NCBI GenBank assembly: GCA_963765675.1
Contig: CAVXXK010000001.1
Span: 832,001 to 896,000 of the forward strand
Reading direction: 5' to 3'
Origin: an uncultured delta proteobacterium
GTDB lineage: Bacteria; Desulfobacterota; Binatia; Binatales; Binataceae
Length of the DNA stretch: 64,000 nucleotides
The notes under the pieces are model-generated. The model was not told where the DNA came from. It saw only the letters and a program-made list of their open reading frames with translations, and made no database searches. How positions within the stretch are numbered: the first letter of the stretch is position 1; every line of letters starts with the position of its first letter. The position numbers and the translations under genes are program-made. Shown one piece after another: positions 19,625-29,209 of this stretch.

Positions 19625-20732
19625 AGCGCGCGGATCTGCGATCGAGACGCGCGGCAATTTCATCAGTGAATGGTACGGCCATCGCGTCTACCCCGCCATT
19701 GTACGAGATGCACGCGCCCTAAACGATCAAAAGACTAGCAGGTGCCCGTTCCTTTCAGCGGCTACCTCGGAAGAGAGAAGCTGCGTGAAACCGCCAACGT
19801 CCAGCGGGGTATGTACTATAAGCAGTGCGAGCAACGGCCCGCGGCAGGACTGGCTGGTTTGTCCATATCGCGCGCTGGATGGATCTCTGATGGACGCGGC
19901 AGCGCGACGGATATTCCGGATTGCGCCAGATCGCAGCTTAGTTATCGCAGCCGCGCCTGCTCTGGCTAAAGAGGCAGCACGAAAATCGCTCCATCAGGCA
20001 TTGCGGGCCGGACAAGCCGTTCTCGTCTATCTGCAAGACAAGCTCGGCGGAGAAATCTCGGTTCCCTCCACTCCGCGCTCACCGGAGTTGGCGTTCGATA
20101 TCACCTTCGCGGAGCTTAGGAACACCAACTCACAAATCAGTGTTGCGCGTTATGGAGTGCTCGAGGTCCAAACGATGGACTTCCATGGTTCATACAAGTC
20201 TGCGGTGAACAATCTGAAAGATGCGCTACGTTTGCATGGGCGCCAATTTGCCCGCGTCGTGCGCGAAAATCCCGCGTGGCTGTCAGATCGAATTGAGGGT
20301 CCGAATATCGCAAACGTCTTCAAACGGACCTTTTACCAAATCATGCTCAAATTTCAGATCGGAAATCACGGTGCTTGTGCAGGAACTGTACTGGCCCTTC
20401 CGGCCGCGGTCTGGGACAGCTGGCAACGCCATCTCGGCGGACCCGAGTTGAGGCTAGCCGACGATGGCACCTATGTTCTTGGAATCGATGGAGATTCGGG
20501 CAAGACTGAGCCGTCGGCATGGATCATAGTTTTTGACGTGGAGGCTGCGGGTTCACCAACCCCCAATTCACTTAGAATCGACAAGATCATCGCGACCGAC
20601 GCTCAAAGCTTAGCCTACCAAGCCCTCACGGTCGTTCCTGCGGCGGCGATCGCCGAGGGAGGCTCCGCAGATCGAATTCTTCTCACGATCAATCGCCGCC
20701 TTCGATTGTGGTGGCCCGAAATCGAAGCATGA
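19617..20732 (+). CDS. NotI-family type II restriction endonuclease
   Basis: Four Cys (RCPF, SCVK, GVCTI, LVCPYR) as in the NotI Fe-Cys4 site; FD...LEVQTMDFHGSY PD-(D/E)xK-like core; overlaps the MTase. Confidence 0.8.
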   Translation: MPKARGSAIETRGNFISEWYGHRVYPAIVRDARALNDQKTSRCPFLSAATSEERSCVKPPTSSGVCTISSASNGPRQDWLVCPYRALDGSLMDAAARRIFRIAPDRSLVIAAAPALAKEAARKSLHQALRAGQAVLVYLQDKLGGEISVPSTPRSPELAFDITFAELRNTNSQISVARYGVLEVQTMDFHGSYKSAVNNLKDALRLHGRQFARVVRENPAWLSDRIEGPNIANVFKRTFYQIMLKFQIGNHGACAGTVLALPAAVWDSWQRHLGGPELRLADDGTYVLGIDGDSGKTEPSAWIIVFDVEAAGSPTPNSLRIDKIIATDAQSLAYQALTVVPAAAIAEGGSADRILLTINRRLRLWWPEIEA

Positions 20733-20863
20733 ACGCCAAACTGCAATTGCGCAATTCATAAGAACATAGATCTCGGTTGCATCCTCCGTGATGTGGTATT
20801 CTAATGATGCGGCGTTTGGGAAAACGCTGCGACAGTTGTATTCGGATCCTCGCTGCCCGCCGC

Positions 20864-20967
20864 TGATAGCCGGGTCCTGCGCAAGGGAAGGCCGCGAACC
20901 CCGCCAGGTCCGGAAGGAAGCAACGGTACCGGCTGTCTCCCTGTGCCGCAGGGGTGCCTGGCTATCA
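20864..20967 (+). ncRNA. ffs: signal recognition particle RNA (4.5S)
   Basis: CCAGGTCCGGAAGGAAGCAACGG domain IV motif inside a long hairpin closed by TGATAGCC/GGCTATCA; canonical position upstream of dnaX. Confidence 0.93.
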
Positions 20968-20998
20968 TTCGGCGGGCAGCTTCACTATTGATCGCACG

Positions 20999-22939
20999 AT
21001 GGCTCAAGCTCCGCATCTGGTGCTCGCACGCAAATGGCGCCCCGATCGCTTCGGCGACCTGGTCGGCCAGGAACACGTTACGCGCACGCTGTCCGAGGCA
21101 CTCAGGCGCGGCCGGATCGCGCACGCTTTCCTGTTCACCGGAATCCGCGGCGTCGGCAAGACCACCGCCGCGAGGATTCTTGCGCGATGCCTCAATTGCG
21201 AACGCGGCCCCACCGCCGATCCATGCGGAGAGTGCGCCGCGTGCGTCGAGATTCGCGCGGGCCGCTCGCTCGACGTGACCGAGATCGACGGCGCGACCTA
21301 CCGCAAGATCGACGACGCGCGCGCGATTATCGAAAACCTGAGCTACCGCCCCGCGCGCGACCGCTTCAAGATCTACATTATCGACGAGGCCCATCAGCTA
21401 ACCGACCAGGCCTTCAACGCGCTGCTCAAGACCCTCGAGGAGCCGCCCGCTCACGTAAAGTTCATCCTGGCGACGACCGAGCCGCAGAAGATGCCCGAGA
21501 CGATCCTGTCGCGGCTGCAGCGCTACGACTTCCGCCGGATCCCGTTCGCGACGATCTACGAACGCCTGCACGACCTCGCCTCGCGCGAGAAAATCGACGC
21601 CGAAGAGACTGCGCTGCGCCTGCTCGCGCGCGAGGCCGGCGGCTCGATGCGCGACGCCGAGCGGATGCTCGAAACCGCAATCGCGTCGGCGCCCGAAGGC
21701 CGCGTTAGCGAGGCCGAGGTGGCATCGTCGCTGGGCGTCGCCTCGCGCACGATCGTGTTCGGGATCGTCGAATCGATCCTCGAACGCAAGGCCGCACCCG
21801 CTCTGCGCGCGATGCGCGAGCTGTCGTCGCGCGGCGCGAACCTGGAGTCGCTCGGCCGCGACCTGCTCGAAACGCTGCGCAATCTCGCCGTCGCCAAGCT
21901 TCCAGCCGACGGCGGCCAGAGCCCGCTCGACGATCTTCCCGACAACGAGGCGCAGGAACTCAGGCGCCTCGCTGCAATCACCTCGAACCGCGACCTGATG
22001 CGCCTGTTCCGCCTGATGGCCACGACGCAGGAAGAGATCATCCAGTCGCCGTATCCGGATTTGCTGCTCGAGATGGCACTTGTGCGGATGGCTTCGCTCG
22101 CGCCGGTCGTCGACATGGACGAACTCCTCGGCACAATCGCGGCGCGCGGCGGCGGAGCGCCGTCGGGATCTTCTTCATCGTCATCCAGTTCATCGGGTAG
22201 CGCGGCACGAACTCCAGTTGCGCCTGATCCGGGACAGGCTGCGGGTTCGCGCAAGCTGCGAGTCGAGGGCGAGGTCAAAGCTTCGGCACCAATCCGCGCC
22301 GCGCAGCCGAGCGCCGGGATCACGCCGCTGCCCGGAGAGCCGGCCGCGCCGGCGGCCGCGCGAGAGATGCCGGAGCTGCGCGAGCATATCAAGTCGCGAC
22401 GCGCGGCGTTGGCAGGATTCATCGAGCAGGGCGCCGCGCTCTCGCTTGCGGGCGATGTGCTCTCGATCGCGCCAAAGAGCGATATCTACGTTCGTTATCT
22501 CGCAGATAACCGCGCTGTGATTGCGGAGCTCGCGTCGGATTTTTTTGGCCGCCCGATCCGCGCCGAAATCGTCGCGGCAAACGTCGCGCCGGTATCGGCG
22601 GCACCCGCTGTGGCTCCGATTGCTGCTTCGCCGAAAGCCGATAACGGGAATGCCGAAACCCGTATTGCTGAGGCCGCCCCGCGAGAGACCGCGCGACCGG
22701 TCACGAACTCTGGCGTGAATGGTGCCGCGGCGACGCGCCGCGTCGCGACCTCACCAGAGGAACGCGCCGCACTTTTCGCCGACCCTGTGGTCGAGCGGAT
22801 CTTCGATACGCTCGAAGCGCGGCTGGTCGAAGTTCGCGCGCCCGTTGCCGCAGCGCCGATCGCAGCGGCCGAAGTGATCGGCGCGTACGAGGATTCTCCC
22901 GACGAAATTCCAAATGACGACGCGGAGCCGCGCGATTGA
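20999..22939 (+). CDS. dnaX: DNA polymerase III subunit gamma/tau
   Basis: LARKWRP, GIRGVGKTT, Zn-binding CLNC..PCGECAAC, IIDEAH, AFNALLKTLEEPP. Confidence 0.96.
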   Translation: MAQAPHLVLARKWRPDRFGDLVGQEHVTRTLSEALRRGRIAHAFLFTGIRGVGKTTAARILARCLNCERGPTADPCGECAACVEIRAGRSLDVTEIDGATYRKIDDARAIIENLSYRPARDRFKIYIIDEAHQLTDQAFNALLKTLEEPPAHVKFILATTEPQKMPETILSRLQRYDFRRIPFATIYERLHDLASREKIDAEETALRLLAREAGGSMRDAERMLETAIASAPEGRVSEAEVASSLGVASRTIVFGIVESILERKAAPALRAMRELSSRGANLESLGRDLLETLRNLAVAKLPADGGQSPLDDLPDNEAQELRRLAAITSNRDLMRLFRLMATTQEEIIQSPYPDLLLEMALVRMASLAPVVDMDELLGTIAARGGGAPSGSSSSSSSSSGSAARTPVAPDPGQAAGSRKLRVEGEVKASAPIRAAQPSAGITPLPGEPAAPAAAREMPELREHIKSRRAALAGFIEQGAALSLAGDVLSIAPKSDIYVRYLADNRAVIAELASDFFGRPIRAEIVAANVAPVSAAPAVAPIAASPKADNGNAETRIAEAAPRETARPVTNSGVNGAAATRRVATSPEERAALFADPVVERIFDTLEARLVEVRAPVAAAPIAAAEVIGAYEDSPDEIPNDDAEPRD

Positions 22940-22986
22940 GCGCCGTTTGTATCGATTCGATCAATCGCGGCCGAGGAGCAAGTAAA

Positions 22987-23316
22987 TTGGCGGAACTCGA
23001 TCTATCAGCATTGATGAAGCAGGCCGCGGCTCTGCAGGACAAGCTCAAAGACATGCAGGCCGAGGCCGCCGAGCGTGTCGTCACCGCGGAGTCGGGCGGC
23101 GGGATGATCCGTGCGACTGTGGACGGCGCGATGCGCGTGCGCAAAATCGAAATCGATGCGGCGCTGCTCGCCGACAACGATAAGGTGATGCTCGAGGACC
23201 TGATCGTCGTCGCGGTCAACGAAGGACTAAGGCGCGCGCAAGAGATGGTCGCCGAGGAGATGGCCAAGCTCGGCCCTGTAGGCGGGCTGAAGTTTCCGGG
23301 GTTCGGAAACGACTGA
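22987..23316 (+). CDS. ybaB: YbaB/EbfC nucleoid-associated protein
   Basis: LMKQAAALQ, ESGGGMI, MLEDLIVVAVN; lies between dnaX and recR. Confidence 0.92.
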   Translation: MAELDLSALMKQAAALQDKLKDMQAEAAERVVTAESGGGMIRATVDGAMRVRKIEIDAALLADNDKVMLEDLIVVAVNEGLRRAQEMVAEEMAKLGPVGGLKFPGFGND

Positions 23317-23326
23317 TCGACGAGCG

Positions 23327-23953
23327 ATGGCGACCGACAATCTCAAACGCGGCGACGGACTTCCGCCCGCGATGACGCGGCTGGTGAAGGAGCTCTCGCG
23401 GCTGCCGGGAATCGGCGAAAAGACCGCCTCGCGCCTGGCCTTCAACCTGCTCAACCGGCCCCGCGACCAGGTGATCGCGCTGGCCGAGTCGCTGCTCGAA
23501 ATGAAAGAGCGCGTGGGACTCTGCGACCAGTGCTACGGGCTGTCGGATAATCCGCGATGCCAGATCTGCAACGATCCGGCGCGCGAGCGCGACATGATTT
23601 GCGTGGTCGAAGGCCCCGCCGACCTGATGGCGATTGAGCGCGCCCGCAGCTTTAGCGGTGTCTATCACGTGCTGCACGGCGCGATCGCGCCGCTTGACGG
23701 AATAGGACCCGACGACGTGAAGCTCAAGGAGCTGATTGCGCGCGTGAGTCCGCCGGCCTCTGTGCGCGAAGTAATTATCGCGACCAACGCAACCGTCGAG
23801 GGCGAAGCGACCGCGCTCTATATCGCCAAAACGCTCCGCCCGCTCGGGGTCAAAACAACGCGCCTCGCCCGCGGCCTGCCAGCAGGCGGCGACCTCGAAT
23901 ACAGCGACTCCGCGACGCTGACCAGCGCGCTCTCCGGCCGCCGCGAACTATAG
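23327..23953 (+). CDS. recR: recombination mediator RecR
   Basis: LPGIGEKTA, C4 zinc finger, YHVLHG, ATNATVEGEATA. Confidence 0.96.
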   Translation: MATDNLKRGDGLPPAMTRLVKELSRLPGIGEKTASRLAFNLLNRPRDQVIALAESLLEMKERVGLCDQCYGLSDNPRCQICNDPARERDMICVVEGPADLMAIERARSFSGVYHVLHGAIAPLDGIGPDDVKLKELIARVSPPASVREVIIATNATVEGEATALYIAKTLRPLGVKTTRLARGLPAGGDLEYSDSATLTSALSGRREL

Positions 23954-24001
23954 AGTTTTTCGGCCCAGACCGAGAGTCTTCACTCGTCCGCGCGTTCGCA
24001 G

Positions 24002-25240
24002 TTAGTTTCCGAAATCCCAGCTCTCTCCATTGTGATACCGCGAGAGAATGTTTTTCGCGATCAGGATCCGGTGGACCTCATCCGGACCGTCCGCGAGCCG
24101 GAGGGTTCTGGCTCCCTGGTACATGGCGGCGAGCGGCAGATCGCCTGAAACGCCCGCCGCACCCCACACCTGGATCGCCCGATCTACCACCCGCTCGTAG
24201 GCGGCCGGGACGAAGACCTTGATCGCCGAGATGTCCGTGCGCGGGTCGGCGCCGCTGTCCATTCGCTCGGCGCAATGGATGGTCATCAAGCGGGCAGCCT
24301 GGATGTCGATGTAGGAGTCGGCGATGAACCCTTGAATGAACTGCTTGGTCTCGAGCTTGCCGCCGTGCACTTCGCGCGTCGTGGCGCGCTCGACCATCAG
24401 GTCGAACGCCCGCCACATCTGCCCGATCGAGTTCATGCAGTGATAAACGCGCCCCGCCCCGAGGCGATCCTGCGCGGCCTGATGGCCCGAGCCCGTCTGG
24501 CCGAGCTGGTTGCTCAGCGGCACATGCACGTCGTCATAAACGATCTCACAATGGTCGCTCGCATGGCCCCAGACCTCGACGCCGCGGACGATGCGAAGGC
24601 CGGGAGTATTCTTTGGCACGATGATCTGGGTCATGCGGCCGTTGTCCGCGCCTTTCCCTTCGGTGCGGCACATCACGATCAGGAAGTCGGCGCGGAACCC
24701 GTTTGAGGTGAACCATTTGTGCCCGTTGATCACCCACTGGTCGCCCTCGCGACGCGCCGTGGTCTTGATCGACCGCGGATCCGAGCCGGCCGAATCGGGC
24801 TCGGTCATCGAGAAGCCGGACTCCATCTTGCCCTCGGTCAGCGGCACCAGCCACTTCTTCTTTTGCTCCTCGGTCCCGTACTTGAGCAGGATCTGCTGGT
24901 TGCCCGAGTTGGGCGCGACCACGCCGAACAGCGCCGCCGCTCCCATACTGTAAGCCAGCACCTCATTCATGTACGCGTGCTCAAGGAAGCCGAGCCCGGC
25001 GCCGCCGTATTCGGGAGGAAGATGCGGCGCCCACAAGCCCGCCTGCTTGACCTTCGCCTTGATCGACTCGCGCAATTCCCGGGCGTTTCGGCGTTCCTCA
25101 TCCGTCGCGCGGTCGCGGTATCCCGCCCAGAGCTTGCGTTCGTTGGGCAGGATGTCACGGTTGATGATCTGCGCCGTGAGCGCGCGGATTTCGTTGATCC
25201 GGGCGTCGAGAGACGGGATGGGTTTCACATTCATATTCAT
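24002..25240 (-). CDS. acyl-CoA dehydrogenase
   Basis: APNSGN, FSMTEP, WVINGHKWF, LRLADGPDEVH. Confidence 0.92.
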   Translation of the reverse strand: MNMNVKPIPSLDARINEIRALTAQIINRDILPNERKLWAGYRDRATDEERRNARELRESIKAKVKQAGLWAPHLPPEYGGAGLGFLEHAYMNEVLAYSMGAAALFGVVAPNSGNQQILLKYGTEEQKKKWLVPLTEGKMESGFSMTEPDSAGSDPRSIKTTARREGDQWVINGHKWFTSNGFRADFLIVMCRTEGKGADNGRMTQIIVPKNTPGLRIVRGVEVWGHASDHCEIVYDDVHVPLSNQLGQTGSGHQAAQDRLGAGRVYHCMNSIGQMWRAFDLMVERATTREVHGGKLETKQFIQGFIADSYIDIQAARLMTIHCAERMDSGADPRTDISAIKVFVPAAYERVVDRAIQVWGAAGVSGDLPLAAMYQGARTLRLADGPDEVHRILIAKNILSRYHNGESWDFGN

Positions 25241-25310
25241 GTGGCTTCCTCTTGGGGCCAAAGCGTAGCACGGCCGAGTCGCGGTCAAAAACTTGTTCTT
25301 GCGAAGTCGT

Positions 25311-26000
25311 TCACCAAATTAGTGGTGCGAGGCGACAGGTCACCTTGTTTCGGTATTCCGAATAGCCCGGCAGGCTTTCGGCCAGAAATTTTTCCTCCTC
25401 CAAGAGCCTCCAAATAATCACGATCGTGATCGGCATCACCATCAGTAATCCCCACCACGAACCGAGCGCGAGGGGAACGCCGAACAGCATTATCAGGGCG
25501 CCTGAGTACATCGGATGACGCACGACGGAATATGGTCCGGTCGAAACCACCTTCTGCCCGGTATCCACTTCGATAGTCGCCGACGCGAACGTGTTTTCCT
25601 TGAACACGAAGAACACGATCAGAAACCCGAAGGCGACCAGCGCATCCCCGAGCAGCGCAATATACGCTGGTACCGCTGACCATCCGAAGCGGTGATCGAA
25701 CGCGGGAAAGAGGAGGATCGCGAAAAACGATATGAAGGCGACGAACTGTATGATCTGCTGTCGCGTCTGCTTTTCCGAGCGCGGACCCGCATAAATCCGC
25801 CGCTCCAGAAGCTCGGGATCGTGCTTCATCAGGTACGCGGTGATCGCGAGCGACGAGCCGCCGAATATCGCGAGAAAAATCCACGCTTGCCAATAGTCCA
25901 CCGTCCAGGCCGCAAGAAACACCGCGATCGCGAGCACCGGCAGGAAGCTTCCGAGCTTGCCCAGCGCTTTGCGATTGAGCGCATTCATGGTGATTGACAT
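25311..26000 (-). CDS. isoprenylcysteine carboxylmethyltransferase family membrane protein
   Basis: Multiple TM segments; ENTFASATI, TGPYSVVRHPMY, EEKFL...LPGY. Confidence 0.88.
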   Translation of the reverse strand: MSITMNALNRKALGKLGSFLPVLAIAVFLAAWTVDYWQAWIFLAIFGGSSLAITAYLMKHDPELLERRIYAGPRSEKQTRQQIIQFVAFISFFAILLFPAFDHRFGWSAVPAYIALLGDALVAFGFLIVFFVFKENTFASATIEVDTGQKVVSTGPYSVVRHPMYSGALIMLFGVPLALGSWWGLLMVMPITIVIIWRLLEEEKFLAESLPGYSEYRNKVTCRLAPLIW

Positions 26001-26020
26001 GTTTCGTAAGCTACACTATT

Positions 26021-26036
26021 TTCACAATATTGTGAA
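26021..26036. promoter_or_regulatory. perfect 16-bp palindrome, probable GbsR/MarR operator
   Basis: TTCACAATATTGTGAA in the short divergent region, overlapping the regulator's GTG start. Confidence 0.65.
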
Positions 26037-26523
26037 GATTACGAAATATGATCGCGAGGCTCGCTCCCGGTTTGTCGAACGCTTCGCCTCGGTGCTGGCC
26101 GAGTCCGGCTTCCCGCGGATGCCGGCGCGGATGTTCGCCGCCCTGCTCGCGTCGGAGTCCGGACGCATGACCGCGGCCGAGCTGACCGCCGCGCTCCACG
26201 TGAGTCCCGCCGCGATTTCAGGCGCGATGCGCTATCTGGTGCAGGTCAACCTCGCGAGCCGCGAAGCCGCACCCGGCTCGCGCCGCGAGCACTACCGCGT
26301 CCACAGCGAGGTCTGGTACGAGGCGATCGCGCGAAAGGACCGGGTGCTCGACCGCGTCGAGGTCAGCCTGCGCGATGGCGTCGAGATCGTGGGCCGCAAC
26401 ACCGCGGCCGGCGCGCGAATTGCCGAGACGCTCGAGTTCTTCGAGTTCATGCAGCAGGAGCTGCCGGCGATGCTCGAGAAATGGCGCGCGCGCAAGGCAG
26501 CCAGATCGCGCAGGCGCGGATGA
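26032..26523 (+). CDS. GbsR/MarR family transcriptional regulator
   Basis: FVERFASVLAESGFPRMPARMF, LHVSPAAISGAMRYL, PGSRREHY. Confidence 0.88.
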   Translation: MKITKYDREARSRFVERFASVLAESGFPRMPARMFAALLASESGRMTAAELTAALHVSPAAISGAMRYLVQVNLASREAAPGSRREHYRVHSEVWYEAIARKDRVLDRVEVSLRDGVEIVGRNTAAGARIAETLEFFEFMQQELPAMLEKWRARKAARSRRRG

Positions 26524-26861
26524 TTCGAATTTTATCGATCGCAATCGCTGCGATATTGGCGATGCTGGCACTCGCTGCGTGCGGCAAGACGCGGACGCCC
26601 GACGCGGTCGAACGCGGACGCCTGGTATACGTCACCCACTGCATCATCTGCCACAACTCGAATCCAAACCTCGACGGCGCGCAGGGTCCGGCAATCGCGG
26701 GCTCTCCGCGCGAGCTCGTCGCCGACCGCGTGCTGCATCTGACTTATCCGCCCGGCTATGCTCCCAAGCGTACGACGCACAACATGCGCGCGATGACCGA
26801 TCTGACGCCCGCGCAGATCGACGATCTCACGGCCTACCTGCGCGCCGCCGCAAAGCCTTAG
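26520..26861 (+). CDS. c-type cytochrome lipoprotein
   Basis: LAAC lipobox, CIICH heme motif, distal Met. Confidence 0.82.
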   Translation: MIRILSIAIAAILAMLALAACGKTRTPDAVERGRLVYVTHCIICHNSNPNLDGAQGPAIAGSPRELVADRVLHLTYPPGYAPKRTTHNMRAMTDLTPAQIDDLTAYLRAAAKP

Positions 26862-27021
26862 GCTCGCCGCATTGGCAAAAATTGGTTGCAAGCCGAAAAC
26901 TTCGGGCGGTAGAATGATTCGAGGAAAGTCGTGGTTTCCCGCGGCTTTTGCGCTAAAAATTCTTCTTCAGACCTCATGGCCGATCGATTCGATCCGGGCC
27001 AGGAAAGGACGGTGTCGTAAA

Positions 27022-27603
27022 ATGGCTTTCGAACTTCCCAAACTGCCATACGCGATGGACGCGCTTAAGCCGAATATCTCGGCCGAGACGCTCGAGTACC
27101 ATTACGGAAAGCATCACGCGGCCTACGTGACCAACCTGAACAACCTGGTCAAAGGAACGCCGAACGAGCACAAGTCGGTCGAAGAGATTATCAAGAGCGC
27201 GCCGGCCGGCGGCCTGTTCAACAACGCGGCCCAGCATTTCAACCATAGCTTCTACTGGAAGTCGCTCGCACCGCACGCGGGTGGAGAAGCCAAAGGCCCG
27301 GTGGCCGACGCGATCAAGAAAGCCTTTGGCAGCTTCGACGACTTCAAGAAAAAGTTCAGCGAGACTGCGACCACCCATTTCGGCAGCGGGTGGGCCTGGC
27401 TGGTGAAGAGCGCCGACGGCGGAGTCGCGATCGAGGCGACCCACGATGCCGGCTGCCCAATCAAAGAAGGCAAAAAGCCGATTCTCACCTGCGACGTATG
27501 GGAGCACGCGTACTACATCGACTATCGCAACGCGCGCGCGAAGTACGTCGAGGCATTCTGGAATCTCGTCAACTGGGAATTCGCAAACGAAAATCTGAAA
27601 TAG
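27022..27603 (+). CDS. sodB: Fe superoxide dismutase
   Basis: LEYHYGKHH, FNNAAQHFNH (Fe type), DVWEHAYY. Confidence 0.95.
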   Translation: MAFELPKLPYAMDALKPNISAETLEYHYGKHHAAYVTNLNNLVKGTPNEHKSVEEIIKSAPAGGLFNNAAQHFNHSFYWKSLAPHAGGEAKGPVADAIKKAFGSFDDFKKKFSETATTHFGSGWAWLVKSADGGVAIEATHDAGCPIKEGKKPILTCDVWEHAYYIDYRNARAKYVEAFWNLVNWEFANENLK

Positions 27604-27678
27604 CGCGCCAGGCGAGTCGCGCGTTCTATATGTGAGCGCCGGATCCTCGAATCGGGTCCGGCGTTTCTTTTGTGGATT

Positions 27679-28515
27679 TCAGATTACGGCTTCGGCGCCT
27701 GGATGCAGATGCAGACGCGAACGCTCGTGCTCCTCGGACTCGGGGACCAGCAGCCGCGCCGCTATGATCTTGTATACGTCCGCACTCACCGCCATCCCGA
27801 CGTGCGAGCAGTGCACCTCGACATTCTCGACCAGCGGCGAGCCGCTGCGATCGATGCAACTGTCCCAGTGCACGATTCCGTCAGTGCGCGAGTATATGAC
27901 GGTGGTCGGCACGAGAGTCTGCGCTATTTCCGAGATCGAAAGCCCGCACGAACAATTCTCGGAGAGACATCCCGGCGCGCGCCCGCGCAGCCGAGCCATC
28001 GATGATGCGACCGCCTGCACCGCGCGATTGGCCGCGTCGCGCGGCCGCCTTATCGGCGACCCCATCGTGATTACGCGCTCGATCAGTTCGGGATAGCGAT
28101 GGCCGAGTTCGCGCGCGTAGATTCCGCCCAGGCTGTGGCCGATCACTACGACCGGCCCGCCGTGACGCTCGGCCACGCGCTCGATTCGCGCGCCGACCAG
28201 CTCGAGCACCTCACGCGGGCAATTCGAATTCGACCAGATTCCGGACATCACAGACCGATGACCCAGAAAGCGGCAGAAATTCGCCAGTGGCGCGAGCGTA
28301 ATGTCGCCGGCCATGAAGCCGGGAATGAACATGATCGTCTTGCCATGCCCCGGTATCGCATGGGGCCATGAGTAGGTGAGCGCGTGCAGCCACAGCATCG
28401 TGGCTTCCAGCGGGACGCGGAATTCGCCGAGCGCATCAAGCATCGACGGCCGGCGGATATCCGGATGAATATCGAGATTGTCAGTCGGAGCCGCAGCCGC
28501 TGGATTCATCTTCAT
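27679..28515 (-). CDS. alpha/beta hydrolase (lipase/esterase-like)
   Basis: IPGF oxyanion loop, GHSLGG nucleophile elbow, DGIV, SHVGM. Confidence 0.85.
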   Translation of the reverse strand: MKMNPAAAAPTDNLDIHPDIRRPSMLDALGEFRVPLEATMLWLHALTYSWPHAIPGHGKTIMFIPGFMAGDITLAPLANFCRFLGHRSVMSGIWSNSNCPREVLELVGARIERVAERHGGPVVVIGHSLGGIYARELGHRYPELIERVITMGSPIRRPRDAANRAVQAVASSMARLRGRAPGCLSENCSCGLSISEIAQTLVPTTVIYSRTDGIVHWDSCIDRSGSPLVENVEVHCSHVGMAVSADVYKIIAARLLVPESEEHERSRLHLHPGAEAVI

Positions 28516-28647
28516 AGAGTGTCGCTCACCCGTCTCACCATCACCTGCGCCATCGTCACGCCCATTGTATTAGACGCAAGTAAGCAAATGTTCAATCCAA
28601 CGTAACATATGCGAAATGGATGCCGCCGGAGATAAATTAGCGCGCGG

Positions 28648-29085
28648 CTAAATGCTGAATGAAATGGCCTTCTTTCTGTTCTCCGCCAATGACTGAAGCG
28701 TGGTCCGGCGCAGGATATTGTTCACGCTTTCGCGCACCTCACGCCAAACGTCGCGCATCGGGCAGGGCTGATCCTTTGGGCAGATAGTGGCGCCGGTTTC
28801 CTCCAGGCATTCGACGGGGCAGTAGTCGCCCTCGATAATCTCGACGACGTCAGCCATCGTGATTCGCGCCGGACTCTTGGCGAGCAGGTACCCGCCACTT
28901 GGACCCTTCTGGCTCGCAACCAAGCCGCCGCGTTTGAGCTCGATCAGCAGACGGCGCAGATAGTTCTCGGGCACGCCCTGAGTGTCGGCAATCTCCTCGA
29001 CTCGGGTCGGCTGCGAGCTGGGATATCTCTCCGCGAGCATGAGGAGAGCCTTCAGAGAATAGTCTACGCCGACGCCGAATTTCAT
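28648..29085 (-). CDS. Rrf2 family regulator (IscR/CymR-like) with Cys ligands
   Basis: YLRRLLIELKRGGLVASQKGPSGGYLLAK; C-terminal Cys cluster. Confidence 0.92.
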   Translation of the reverse strand: MKFGVGVDYSLKALLMLAERYPSSQPTRVEEIADTQGVPENYLRRLLIELKRGGLVASQKGPSGGYLLAKSPARITMADVVEIIEGDYCPVECLEETGATICPKDQPCPMRDVWREVRESVNNILRRTTLQSLAENRKKAISFSI

Positions 29086-29109
29086 AGAATCTAAGAGATG
29101 TTTTTAGCA

Positions 29110-29180
29110 TATTCCGATGATTCAGGGAATAGTTGACCTGTTAAGTCATCTAATTAGTTGACTAACTTGGTGATCATAGT
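29110..29180. promoter_or_regulatory. tandem Rrf2 (IscR type-1-like) operator boxes
   Basis: ATAGTTGACCTGTTAAGTCATCTAA followed by TTAGTTGACTAACTTGGTGATC; palindrome AGTCATCTAATTAGTTGACT at 29144-29163; in the divergent rrf2/sir region. Confidence 0.65.
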
Positions 29181-29209
29181 TACTTTTTGATCTCTGGAAG
29201 TGTCTCCAA

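Noticed and set aside
22540-22546. T7 run in dnaX as a gamma/tau frameshift or slippage site
   Set aside because: It lies late in the gene, has no clear stimulatory hairpin or immediate stop, and similar runs occur elsewhere in the window.
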